A DNA stretch of 64,000 bases, taken from assembly GCF_963921235.1 (NCBI RefSeq), contig NC_086108.1, positions 117,678,001-117,742,000 of the forward strand. The letters are read 5' to 3'. Origin of the DNA: Mobula hypostoma (lineage: Eukaryota). The notes beneath the pieces are model-generated. The model made no database searches. It was not told where the DNA came from and saw only the letters and a program-made list of their open reading frames with translations. Below are positions 37,703 through 50,700 of the stretch, piece by piece; the first letter of the stretch is position 1, and each line of letters starts with the position of its first letter. A program made the position numbers and the translations under genes.

Positions 37703-38155
37703 ACTCAGGGAGGGTCACAGCATGGGAAGGGTAGTACTGAGGGAGGGTCACACTGTGGGAGGGGTGGTACTGAGGGAGGGTCACACTGTGGGAGGGGTGG
37801 TACGATGGAGGGTCACACTGTGGGAGGGGTGGTACTGAGGGAGGGTCACACTGTGGGAGGGGTGGTACCAAGGGAGGGTCACAATATGGGAGGGGTGGTA
37901 CTGAGAGAGGGTCACACTGTGGGAGGGGCGGTACTGAGGGAGGGTCCCACTGTGGGAGGGGTGGTACTGAGGGAGGGTCACACCGTGGGAGGGGTGGTAC
38001 TGAGGGAGGGTCACACTGAGGGAGGGGTGGTACTGAGGGAGGGTCACACTGTGGGAGGGGTGGTACTGAGGGAGGGTCACACTGTGGGAGGGTGGTACTG
38101 AGGGAGGGTCACACCGTGGGAGGGGTGGTACTGAGGGAGGGGTGGTACTGAGGGT
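37703..38155. repeat. 33-bp G-rich minisatellite, about 13 copies (TGAGGGAGGGTCACACTGTGGGAGGGGTGGTAC)
   Basis: Directly visible tandem array. Confidence 0.95.
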
Positions 38156-38641
38156 AACACCATTGTTCAGTTGTGATGTTTTCACCAGTCCCAAGTTAAA
38201 TGAACGTTTTTAGAAAAGGTCTGTGCAGGTATTCCCAGTGTCACTGGACATAGGGTTCATGCCCCAATCCTCAGCACTCTGGCCTGAGGAGCTCCTTAGA
38301 GACTTCGCTTGGAGCTGGCACATCATGCTCTCCACACTGCTCCAAACACTATGGGACATTCCGGCTCTGGCCTGCTCTTTGTTGTGGAACCCACGTGATA
38401 TATTCTGTCCGTGTTGTAGAACCAAGGTTGTATTCTGACATTTTGTAGAACCCACATGATATATACTGTCCATGTTGTGGGTCCCATGTGCCCATTTGTG
38501 GAACCCATATGTTTTCATGTGTTCTGTCCATGTTGTGGAACCTATATGTTGTGTGGTGTCTGTGTTGTGGGATCTACACAGTATTTATGCAGCTCTCCAG
38601 GTGCCCAGTGCCTACAGCAGATCCTGTGGTTTGTGTTACAG

Positions 38642-38750
38642 TGAGGAGAGTGTCGAAGATGAGGAAGATCTCTATGACTGTGTCTACGGTGATGACGAAG
38701 GTGGAGAAGTTTACGAGGTCTTGATGAAGGTTGAAGCAGCCCAACCAATA
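38642..38750 (+). CDS. vav3: VAV3-like exon, acidic autoinhibitory region (about exon 5)
   Basis: gtgttacag acceptor, gtaaga donor; 109 nt encoding EESVEDEEDLYDCVYGDDEGGEVYEVLMKVEAAQPI; YDCVYG..EGGEVYE is VAV3-like. Confidence 0.95.
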
Positions 38751-38974
38751 GTAAGACCCTCTGTGTGACTCGTGCAGCTGATCTAGGTGGGGAAATGCAG
38801 CTACAATTGGAAAGGGGAAGGGGAGGTTTCATTAAGGGTTGGGTAAGGAAGTTTCAAATAGCATTGATTCTCGATATCTCCCAGGGTTGCGTGTTCCAGC
38901 TGACTTCACCAGCAGTGAGTGAATAGTAGAGTTTGCACGTCCTCAGTTCAAACACATTTATTATCTAATGCCTG

Positions 38975-40250
38975 CCTCTGTAACTCTACATCGCTCCCTG
39001 TCTCTGTTAGCCCCCCTCTAGATCCTACACCCCTCCATGTGTCTATAAACTCCTGGGGTCACTACACCCCTCCATGTCTCTATAACCCTCTGCGGGTACA
39101 AGACCACTCCCAGTCTCTGTAACCCCCAACACACTTCCCTGTCTCTGTAACCCCTTCCAGCCTCAACACTCTCCCCCCCGCCATCTCAGTAACCCCTTTT
39201 GACTACTACACCTCTCTCTGCCTCTGTTAAGCCCTCCAGCCCCAACATCCCCCTGATCTCAGTATGCCCCTCCAAACTCTACACGATTACCTGTCTGTAA
39301 CCCCCTCCAACCCTACACCCCTCCCCATCTCTGAATCCCCTCTGACCCCTACACCCCTCCTCATCTCTGAATCCCCTCTGACCCCTACAACCCTCCCCAT
39401 TTCTGAATCCCCTCTGACCCCTACACCCTCCCCGTTTCTGTAACCCCCTCTGGCCTCTACACCCCGCCCCTCATCTGAAACCCCTCTCTGTCTCTTTAAC
39501 CCACCAGCCCCTACACTCCTCCCCATCTCTGTAACTTCCACCAGCCACTACAACCCTCCCCATCTCTGTAACTTCACCAGCCCCTACACCCCTCCCCATC
39601 TCTGTAATTCCCTCATCTCCTACACCCCTCCCCATCTCTGTAACTTCCACCAGCCCCTACACCCCTCCCTATCTCTGTAACCCACCAGCGCCAACACTCC
39701 TCCCCATCTCTATAACTTCCACCAGCCCCTACACCCTTCCCCATCTCTGTAACTTCCACCAGCCCCTACACCCCTCCCTGTCTCTGTAACCCACCAGCGC
39801 CAACACCCCTCCCCATCTCTGTAACTCTCCCATCCCCCACACCCCTCCCCATCTCTGTAACCCACCAGCCCCTACACCCCTCCCTGTCTCTGTAACCTCC
39901 CCCATCCCCTACACCCCTCCCCATCTCTGTAACTCCCCCATCCCCCACGCCCCTCCCCATCTCTGTAACCCACCAGCCCCTACACCCCTCCCCATCTCTG
40001 TAACCCACCAGCCCCTACACCCCTCCCCGTCTCTGTAACCTCCCCCATCCCCTACACCCCTCCCCATCTCTGTAACTTACCAGCCCCTACACCCCTCCCT
40101 GTCTCTGTAACTTCCACCAGCCCCCACACCCCTCCCTGTCTCTGTAACCTCCCCCATCCCCTACACCCCTCACTGCTTCTGTAAACCCTCTGGTCTCTTG
40201 TACATCTCCCTGTTTCTGTAACTCACTCTGGACCCTACACCTCTCCCTGT
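38975..40250. repeat. C-rich minisatellite of about 33-36 bp (CCCCTACACCCCTCCCCATCTCTGTAACCCACCAG)
   Basis: Visible array, most homogeneous at about 39500-40170, degenerate at the edges. Confidence 0.92.
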
Positions 40251-43200
40251 CCGCCTTTGCCTCCAACTTTCACTCTGCCCTCAAATTTACTTGATCCATT
40301 TCCAACACCTCCTTCCCCTTTCTTAATCTCTTTGCTCTTTCTCTGGAGACAGTCTTTCCAGTGATATCTTTTTATAAACCCACTGATTCTCACAGCTGCT
40401 TGGATAATACCTCTTCCTATCCTGTCACTTGTAAAAATGCCATCCACTTCTCGCAGTTCTTCTATCTCCACCACATCTGCTCTCAGGATGAGTCTTTCCA
40501 TTCCAGAACTAATGAGGTGTCCTCCTTCTTCAAAGAAAAGGGCTTCCCTCCCTCCATCATCAACACTGCTCTCACCCGCATCGCTTCCATTTTGCACATG
40601 TCTGCCCTCAGCCCATGCTCCCGCTGCCACACCAGGGATGGGGTTCTTCTTGTCCTCGCCTACCACCCCATTAGCCTCTGTGACCAGCACATAATTCTCC
40701 TCAACCTCTGCCATCTCCAACAGAATCCCACCACCAAGCACAGCTTTCCATACCCCACCCCTTTCTGCTTTCTGCAGGGATCACTCCCTATGCCACTCCC
40801 TTGTCCATTCGTCCTCCCCACTGATCTTCCTCCTGGTACTTATCTTTGCAGTGGAACAAATGCTACACTGCCCCTATGCCTCTTCCTTCACTACCATTCA
40901 GGGCTCAAAACAGTCCTTCCAGATGAGGCGATACTTCACCAGTGAGTCATCTGCTGTATTCAGTGCTCCCGCTGTAGCCTCCTGTATATCTATAGATTTA
41001 TAGAATAGAATAGTACAGCACAGTACAGGCCCTTCGGCCCACAATGTTGTGCCGACCCTCAAACCCTGCCTCCTATATAAGCCCCCACCTTAGATTCCTC
41101 CATATACCTGTCTAGTAGTCTCTTAAACTTCACTAGTGTATCTGCCTCCACCACTGACTCAGGCAGTGCATTCCACGCACCAACCACTCTCTGAGTAAAA
41201 AACCTTCCTCTAATATCCCCCTTGAACTTCCCACCCCTTACCTTAAAGCCATGTGCTCTTGTATTGAGCAGTGGTGCCCTGGGGAAGAGGCGCTGGCTAT
41301 CCACTCTATCTATTCCTCTTATTATCTTGTACACCTCTATCATGTCTCCTCTCATCCTCCTTCTCTCCAAAAAGTAAAGCCCTAGCTCCCTTAATTTCTG
41401 ATCATAATGCATACTTTCTAAACCAGGCAGCATCCTGGTAAATCTCCTCTGTACCCTTTCCAATGCTTCCACATCCTTTGAGGTGACCAGAAGTGGACAC
41501 AGTACTCCAAGTGTGGCCTAACCAGAGTTTTATAGAGCTGCATCATTACATCGCGACTCTTAAACTCTATCCCTCGACTGATGAAAGCTAACACCCCATA
41601 AGCTTTCTTAACTACCCTATCCACCTGTGAGGCAACTTTCAGGGATCTGTGGACATGTACCCCGAGATCCCTCTGCTCCTCCACACTACCAAGTATCCTG
41701 CCATTTACTTTGTACTCTGCCTTGGAGTTTGTCCTTCCAAAGTGTACCACCTCACACTTCTCCAGGTTGAACTCCATCTGCCACTTCTCAGCCCACTTCT
41801 GCATCCTATCAATGTCTCTCTGCAATCTTTGACAATCCTCTACACTATCTACAACACCACCAACCTTTGTGTCGTCTGCAAACTTGCCAACCCACCCTTC
41901 TACCCCCACATCCAGGTCGTTAATAAAAATCACGAAAAGTAGAGGTCCCAGAACAGATCCTTGTGGGACACCACTAGTCACAATCCTCCAATCTGAATGT
42001 ACTCCCTCCACCTCCACCCTCTGCCTTCTGCAGGCAAGCCAATTCTGAATCCACCTGGCCAAACTTCCCTGGATCCCATGCCTTCTAACTTTCTGAATAA
42101 GCTTACCGTGTGGAACCTTGTCAAATGCCTTACTAAAATCCATATAGATCACATCCACTGCACTACCCTCATCTATATGCCTGGTCACCTCCTCAAAGAA
42201 CTCTATCAGGCTTGTTAGACACGATCTGCCCTTCACAAAGCCATGCTGACTGTCCCCGATCAGACCACGATTCTCTAAATGCCTATAGATCCCATCTCTA
42301 AGAATCTTTTCCAACAGCTTTCCCACCACAGACGTAAGGCTCACTGGTCTATAATTACCTGGACTATCCCTACTACCTTTTTTGAACAAGGGAACAACAT
42401 TCGCCTCCCTTCAATCCTCCGGTACCATTCCCGTGGACAACGAGGACATAAAGATTCGAGCCAGAGGATCAGCAATCTCTTCTCTCGCCTCGTGGAGCAG
42501 CCTGGGGAATATTCCGTCAGGCCCTGAGGACTTATCTGTCCTAATGTATTTTAACAACTCCAACACCTCCTCTCCCTTAATATCAGCATGCTCCAGAACA
42601 TCAACCTCACTCATATTGTCCTCACCGTCATCAAATTCCCTCTCATTGGTGAATACCGAAGAGAAGTACTCATTGAGGACCTCGCTCACTTCCACAGCCT
42701 CCAGGCAATCTTCCTACCTTTATCTCTAATCGGTCCTACCTTCACTCCTGTTATCCTTTTTTTCTTCACATAATTGAAGAATGCCTTGGGGTTTTCCTTT
42801 ACCCTACTCGCCAAGGCCTTCTCATGCCCCCTTCTTGCTCTTCTCAGCCCCTTCTTAAGCTCCTTTCTTGCTTCTCTATATTCCTCAATAGACCCATCTG
42901 ATCCTTGCTTGCTAAACCTCATGTATGCTGCCTTCTTCCACCTGACTAGATTTTCCACCTCACTTGTCACCCATGGTTCCTTCATGCTACCATTCTTTAT
43001 CTTCCTCACCGGGACAAATTTATCCTTAACATCCCGCAAGAGATCTCTAAACATCGACCACATAGTCTATAGTACATTTCCCTGCAAAAACATCATCCCA
43101 ATTCTAGCAAATCACCCGCAAGTTCTAGCCTTATAGCCTCATAATTTGCCTTTCCCCAATTAAAAATTTTCCTGTCCTCTCTGATTCTATCCTTTTCCAT

Positions 43201-44045
43201 GATAATTATAAAGGCCAGGGAGCGGTGGTCACTGTCACCCAGATGCTCACCCACTGAGAGATCTGTGACCTGACCTGGTTCATTACCTAGTACTAGATCT
43301 AGTATGGTATTCCCCCTGGTCGGCCTGTCCACATACTGTGACAGGAATCCATCCTGGACACACTTAACAAACTCTGCCCCATCTAAACCCTTGGAACTAA
43401 TCAAGTGCCAATCAAGATTAGGGAAGTTAAAGTCGGTGAAATCCAATGTAGATTGGGAGATCACTTCGCCTAGTAGCTATGTGCCATCCTCCAGAAAAAG
43501 CGGGATTTCCCCGTAGCTACCCATTTTAATTCTACTTCCCATTCCCATGCTGACATGTCAGTCTACAGCCTCATCTACTGCCATGATGAGACCAGACTCA
43601 AGTTAGAGGAACAACACCTGATATTCCATCTGGATAGGCTCCAACCTGATGGCATGAACATTGATTTCTGGAACTTCTGGTAATTGCCCCCCCCCCCTCA
43701 CCATTCCCTATTTCTGTTTCCCTTTCTCACCTGCCCATCACCCTCTCCTCCTTCGCTTTCTTCAATGGTCTTCTACCCTCTCATATAATCTTCCTCCTCT
43801 CCTAGCCCTTTATCTCTTTCACCAATCAACTTCCCAACTCTTTACTTCACCCCCTCCCCCTCTCCCAGTTTTATGTCTCACCTACTACCTAGTATTTCTT
43901 CCTCCCCTCCCTCCATCTTCTTACTCTGACTTCTCATCTTTTTTTCCAGTCCTGTAGAAGTGTCTCGGCCCGAAACGTCAACTGTTTATTCCTTGCACAG
44001 ATACTGCTTGACATGCTGAGTTCCCCCAGCAATTTGTGTGTGTGG
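40238..44045 (+). mobile_element. Decayed Penelope-like element (RT C-terminus, GIY-YIG endonuclease, 3' repeat), split by a CR1 at about 41003-43432
   Basis: FYKPTDSHS..CKNAI.FSQF..ICSQDE.FHSRT; CIQCSRCSLLYI|GE rejoins across the insert; terminal repeat near 43945-44045. Confidence 0.85.
41003..43432 (-). mobile_element. CR1 LINE, 5'-truncated
   Basis: RT ORF 41418-42389; near-identical to about 28617-30740. Confidence 0.93.
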
Positions 44046-44182
44046 TCCTGCCCCCTTGTTGTGTTCCTGCATGGGGGTTTCTTTGCCTGGTTTTCTCTCC
44101 TGTGAAAGGTTTGTGCTTTAGACAACTTCATGGGGTTTCTTATATCAGAGGTGTGTGAGGGACAACCTGTGTACTTGTGCAG

Positions 44183-44275
44183 AGACCGCTGGAGAGCGAC
44201 GTCCGTACCTGCTGCCTGTTGGAGATTAAACAGACTGAGGAGAAGTACACCGACACCCTCGAATCCATCGAAAAG
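44183..44275 (+). CDS. vav3: VAV3-like exon, start of DH domain (about exon 6)
   Basis: ttgtgcag acceptor, gtaatg donor; 93 nt encoding RPLESDVRTCCLLEIKQTEEKYTDTLESIEK. Confidence 0.95.
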
Positions 44276-44769
44276 GTAATGGGGGAGGACCAGTTAGTGT
44301 TCGATTGCCTGGAATGTCCCACACATTGCCCACCACCCACCCCGCCCTCCTCCCACTCACCCATCAACCTTCTCCTTCCCAACCATGCCAAACCCAATTC
44401 CTCACACCCTTATTCCCCAACCCCACCAACCCAACTCCTCATCCCCCCTTTCTCTTTCTCCCCACACCTTCTTCTCCTCCCTTACTCTCTCTCCCACACC
44501 CTCATCTTCCAACCCCACCAACCAACCCCTCTCCTCCTGCCATCTCTCCCCCACTGCCTCCACCCCAACCTCTCATCCCCTCCCCTTCTCGCTCTCTCCC
44601 CACACTATCACCCCCACATCTCACACTGCACCCCATGGCCATCCCCTAGCCTTATCCTTATCCCTTATACTTCACTTTCTCTTGCCCTCATCTCTGCAGG
44701 TCAGCAGCATCTGTGGAGGGCAATAAACTGTTACCGCTTTCAGCTAGATTGTCTGTTTGGTCTTTAGCA

Positions 44770-47700
44770 AAGCCTTCAACTAGGTCCCATATGGAAAGCT
44801 GATCTGGAAGGTTAGGTCCCACAAAATCCAGGGAGAGCTGGATTCAGTCGTGGCTCAGCGGTAGGAAACAGAGGGTGCAAGTTGATGGTGTCTAGTGGTG
44901 TGTCACAGTGATGAGGGCTGTTATTCGTTATGTTTAGAATTTGATGCGAATACCCAAGGCTTCATTAGTAAGTTTACAAATGACACAAAATTCGGAGGTG
45001 GTGTTGATAGTGAAGAAGGTTATTGTAGATTACAGGGAGTTCTTGATCTGTTAGGGAAGTGGTTTGAGAAGTGGCAAATGGATTTTAATACAGATAAATG
45101 CGAGTGATGCATTTTGGAAAGTCAAACTAGTGTAGGACTCACATTGTGAATTGATGGATCACATGAGAGTGTAATGGAATAGGGGACCCAAGGAATACAA
45201 GTTCATAGTTCATTGTAAGTGGTGAAAAGGGGCATTTAACATGCTGACCCTCCTCATTCAGGTCACTGAGTATAGGGGTTGACATAATTTAGAGTTGTAT
45301 AAATTGTTGGTGAGGCCACACTTAGAATGTTGTGTATAATTTTGGTTGAAAGACATGGTTAAACTGGAAAGAGTGTAGACAGGATTTAGCAGGCTGTTGC
45401 CTGGACTTGTGGCCCTGAGTTACAAGAAGAGGTTCTGTAGACAATGTCTTCATTCTTTGGAACGTGTGAAAATTATGGTCGACCATATCAAAATATTCCA
45501 ATTATGAGAGGCAAAGATAAGATTCAGCATGACATCTAATGTGTCTCAACTCTATAGATGTGTGGTGGAGGGTATATTGACTGATACATCACAGCATGGT
45601 ATGGAAGCACCAATGCCCTTGAACAAAAAGTAGTGGATACAGCCCAGTCCATCACGAATAAAGCACTCCCCACCATTTAGCACACCTACACAGGGAATTC
45701 TCACAGGAAAGGAGTATCCAGCATCAACCAACCAGTCACCCAGGTCATGCTCTATTCTCATTGCTGCCATGAGGAAGAAGCTGTAGGAGCCTCAGGACTC
45801 ACACCTTAAGACCGTAAGACAGAGAAGCAGAATTAGACCATTCAGCCCATCGATCTTCTCCGCCATTCCATCATGGCTGATCCTGGATCCCACTTAAACC
45901 CATACACCTGCTTTCTCGCCATATCCTTTGATGCCCTAACCGATCAGGAAATGATCAAATTCCGCCTTCAGATACTCATGGACTTGGCCTCCACCGCAGT
46001 CTGTGGCAGAGTATTTCACAGATTTACTACTCTCTGGCTAAAAAAAAGCCTCCTTACCTCTGTTCTAAAGGGTCACCCCTCAATATGGAGGCTGTGTCCT
46101 CTAGTTCTGGAAACTTCCACCACAGGAAACATCTTCTCCACAGCCACTCTTATCTAGTCATTTCAGCATTCAGTAGCTTTCAATTAGATCCCCCCGCATT
46201 CTTCTAAATTCCTGTGAGTACAGGCCTAAAGCTGCCAAATGCTACGCATATGTTAACACCTTCATTCCTGGAAACATCCTCGCCAACCGCCTCTGGATTC
46301 TCTCCAATGACAATACATCCCTTCTGAGATATAAATAAGAACATAAGAAATAGGAGCAGCAGTAGGCCATCTGACCTGTCTAGCCTGCTCCGCCATTCAA
46401 TAAGATCATGGTTGACATGTCTGTAAACTCAGCTCCATCTACCTGCCTTTTTCCCATAACCTTTAATTCCCTTACTATGTAAAAACCTGTCTAACTGTTT
46501 CTTAAATATATTTAGTGAAGAAGCCTCAACTGCTTTCCTGGGCAAAGAATTCCACAGATTCACCACTCTCTGGGAAAAACAGTTTCTCTTCATATCCATC
46601 CTAAATCTTCTCCCCTGAATCTTGAGGCAATGTCCCCTAGTTCTAGTCTCACCGACCAATGGAAACAACTTTCCTGCCTCTATTTATCTATCCCTTTCAT
46701 AATTTTATATGTTTCAATAAGATCTCCTCTCGTCCTTCTGAATTCCATTGAGTACAGTCCCAGGCAACTCAATTTCTCCTCATGGTCTAACCCCCTGATC
46801 TCTGGAATCAACCTGGTGAACCTCCTCTGCACCACCTCCAAAGCCAGTATATCCTTCCTCAAGTAAGGAGAACAGAACAGCATATAATACTCCAGATGCG
46901 GTCTCACCATACTCCATACATTTGCAACATCATCTCCCTGCTCGTAATTCAATCCCTCTAGCAATGAAGGTCAATATTCCATTTGCCTTCTTGATAACCT
47001 GCTGCATCTGCAAATCAATCTTCTGTGACTCATGCAAAAGCACTCCAAAGTCCTCTGCACAGCAGCATGCTATAATCTTTTACTATTTAAATAATTATCT
47101 GATCTCCATAAAACCCAAAGATATAGGAGCAGAAGTGGGCCATTTGGCCCATCGAGTCTGCTCCACCATTCAGTCATGGGCTGATCTAATTCTTCCAGTT
47201 ATCCTCACTCCCCTTCCTTCTCCCCATACACTTTAATGCCCTGGCTAATCAAGAATCTATCTATTTCTGCCTTAAATGCACCCAGTGACTTGACCTCCAC
47301 AGCCATTCATGGCAGCAAATTCCACAGATTTACCACCCTATTACTAAAGTAATTTCTCCACATCTCTGTTCTGAGGGAATAAATCAGGTGCTTGAGGAGT
47401 ATAAAAAGTGCAAGAAAATACTTAAGAAAGAAATCAGGAGGGCTAAAAGAAGACATGAGGTTGCCTTGGCAGTCAAAGTGAAGGATAATCCAAAGAGTTT
47501 TTACAGGTATATTCAGAGCAAAAGGATTGTAAGGGATAAAATTGGTCCTCTTGAAGATCAGAGTGGTCAGCTATGTGCAGAACCAAAGGAAATGGGGGAG
47601 ATCTTAAATAGGTTTTTTGCGTCTGTATTTACTAAGGAAACTGGCATGAACTCTATGGAATTAAGGGAATCAAGTAGTGAGATCATGGAAACTGTACAGA

Positions 47701-50700
47701 TTGAAAAGGAGGAGGTGCTTGCTGTCTTGAGGAAAATTAAAGTGGATAAATCCCCGGGACCTGACAGGGTGTTCCCTCGGACCTTGAAGGAGACTAGTGT
47801 TGAAATTGCGGGGGCCCTGGCGGAAATATTTAAAATGTCGCTGTCTACAGGTGAGGTGCCGGAGGATTGGAGAGTGGATCATGTTGTTCCGTTGTTTAAA
47901 ATAAGATCGAAAAGTATTCCGGGAAATAATAGGCCGCTAAGTTTAACGTCGGTAGTAGGTAAGTTGTTGGAGGGAGTACTAAGAGACAGAATCTACAAGC
48001 ATTTGGATAGACGGGGACTTATTAGGGAGAGTCAACATGGCTTTGTGGTCATGTTTGACCAATCTATTGGAGTTTTTCGAGGAGGTTACCAGGAAAGTGG
48101 ATGAAGGGAAGGCAGTGGATATTGTCTACATGGACTTCAGTAAGGCCTTTGACAAGGTCCCGCATGGGAGGTTAGTTAGGAAAATTCAGTCGCTAGGTAT
48201 ACATGGAGAGGTGGTAAATTGGATTAGACATTGGCTCAATGGAAGAAGCCAAAGAGTGGGAGTAGAGAATTGCTTCTCCGAGTGGAGGCCTGTGACTAGT
48301 GGTGTGCCACGGGGATCGGTGCTGGGTCGATTGTTATTTGTCATCTATATCAGTGATCTGGATGATAATGTGGTAAATTGGATCAGCAAATTTGCTGATG
48401 ATACAAAGATTGGAGGTGTAGTAGACAGTGAGGAAGGTTTTCAGAGCCTGCAGAGGGACTTGGACCAGCTGGAAAAATGGGCTGAAAAATGGCAGATGGA
48501 GTTTAATACAGACAAGTGTGAGGTGTTGCACGTTGGAAGGACAAACCAAGGTAGAACATACAGGGTTAATGGTAAGGCACTGAGGAGTGCAGTAGAACAG
48601 AGGGATCTGGGAATACAGATACAAAATTCCCTAAAAGTGGTGTCACAGGTAGATAGGGTCGTAAAGAGAGCTTTTGGTACATTGGCCTTTATTAATCAAA
48701 GTATTGAGTATAAGAGCTGGAATGTTATGATGAGGTTGTTTAAGGCATTGGTGAGGCCAAATCTGGAGTATTGTGTTCAGTTCTGGTCACCAAATTACAG
48801 GAAGGATATAAATAAGGTTGAAAGAGTGCAGAGAAGGTTTACAAGGATGTTGCCAGGACTTGAGAAACTCAGTTACAGAGAAAGGTTGAATAGGTTAGGA
48901 CTTTATTCCCTGGAGCGTAGAAGAATGAGGGGAGATTTGATAGAGGTATATAAAATTATGATGGGCATAGATAGAGTGAATGCAAGCAAGCTTTTTCCAC
49001 TGAGGCAAGGGGAGAAAAAAACCAGAGGACATGGGTTAAGGGTGAGGGGGGAAAAGTTTAAAGGGAACATGGGGGGGGGGCTTCTTCACACAGAGAGTGG
49101 TGGGAGTATGGAATGAGCTGCCAGATGAGGTGGTAAATGCGGGTTCTTTTTTAACATTTAAGAATAAATTGGACAGATACATGGATGGGAGGTGTATGGA
49201 GGGATATGGTCCATGTGCAGGTCAGTGGGACTAGGCAGAAAATGGTTTGGCACAGCCAAGAAGGGCCAAAAGGCCTGTTTCTGTGCTATAGTTTCTATGG
49301 TTCTAAATGGATGTCCTTCATTGTCCTGCACTCTCTTACCATGGAAAATAACTGCCATATCTAATCTGTTCAGGCCTTTTAACATTCGGAATGTTTCTCA
49401 TTCTCCTGAATTCCAGGGAATACAGCCCAAGAGCTGCCAGACATTCCTCAAACAGTAACCTTTTCATTCCTGGAATCATTCTTGTGAATCTTCTCCGAAC
49501 CCTTTCAATGTCAGTATATCCGTTCTAAAATAAAGAGCCCGAAAGTTCCCAGAATACTCCGTGTGGTCTCACAAGTGCCTTATTGAGCCTCAACATCACC
49601 ATATAACAATTACAGCACGGAAACAGGCCATCTCGGCCCTTCTAGTCCATGCCGAACTCTTACTCTCACCTCGTCCCACCGACCTGCACTCAGCCCATAA
49701 CCCTCCATTCCTTTCCTGTCCATATATCTATCCAATTTAACTTTAAACAACAACATTGAACCTGTCTCAACCACTTCTTCTGGAAGCTCGTTCCACAGAG
49801 CTACCACTCTCTGAGTAAAGAAGTTCCCCCTCATGTTACCCCTAAACTTTTGCCCTTTAACTCTCAACTCATGTCCTCTTGTTTGAATCTCCCTCATTCT
49901 CAATGGAAAAAAGCCTATCCATGTCAACTCTATCAATCCCCCTCATAATTTTAAACACCTCTATCAAGTCCTCTCTCAACCTTCTACGCTCCAAAGAATA
50001 AAGACCTAACTTGTTCAACCTTTCTCTGTAACTTAGGTGATGAAACCCAGGCAACATTTTAGTAAATTTCCTCTGTACGCTCTCAATTTTATTGACGTCT
50101 TTCCTATAATTCGGTGACCAGAACTGTGCACAATACTCCAAATTTGGCCTTACCAATGCCTTATACAATTTCAACATTACACCCCAACTCCTATACTTAA
50201 TGCTCTGATTAATAAAGGCCAGCATACCAAAAGCTTTCTTCACCACCCTATCCACATGAAATTCCACCTTCAGGGAACTATGCATTATTATTCCTAGATC
50301 CCTCTGTTCAACTGCATTCTTCAATGCCCTACCATTTACCACGTATGTCCTATTTTGATTAGTCCTACCAAAATGTAGCACCTCACATTTTTCAGCATTA
50401 AACTCCATCTGCCATCTTTCAGCCCACTTTTCTAACTGGCCTAAATCTCTCTGCAAGCTTTGAAAACCTACTTCATTATCCACAACACCACCTATCTTAG
50501 TATCATCTGCATGCTTACTAATCCAATTTACCACCCCATCATCCAGATCACATCCCTGCTCTTATATTCTATACCTCTAGAAATAAATGCTAGCATTGCA
50601 TTTGACTTCTTCATGACCGACTCAACCTGGAGCTTAACCTTTAGGGTATTGTGCACAAGGACTCTTTGCATCTCTGCATTTTGAGTTCTCTCACTATCTA

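Noticed and set aside
36559..38194. Long repetitive ORFs in several frames (e.g. EGEHNIPNT, LREGHTVGGVV)
   Set aside because: Artefacts of 27- and 33-bp units divisible by three; they lie in introns.
43945..43985. Hammerhead motif at a PLE end (also 54265-54305 and about 20740-20775)
   Set aside because: Core is mutated (CTGTAGA; TTGATGA with AAAA), so probably inactive.
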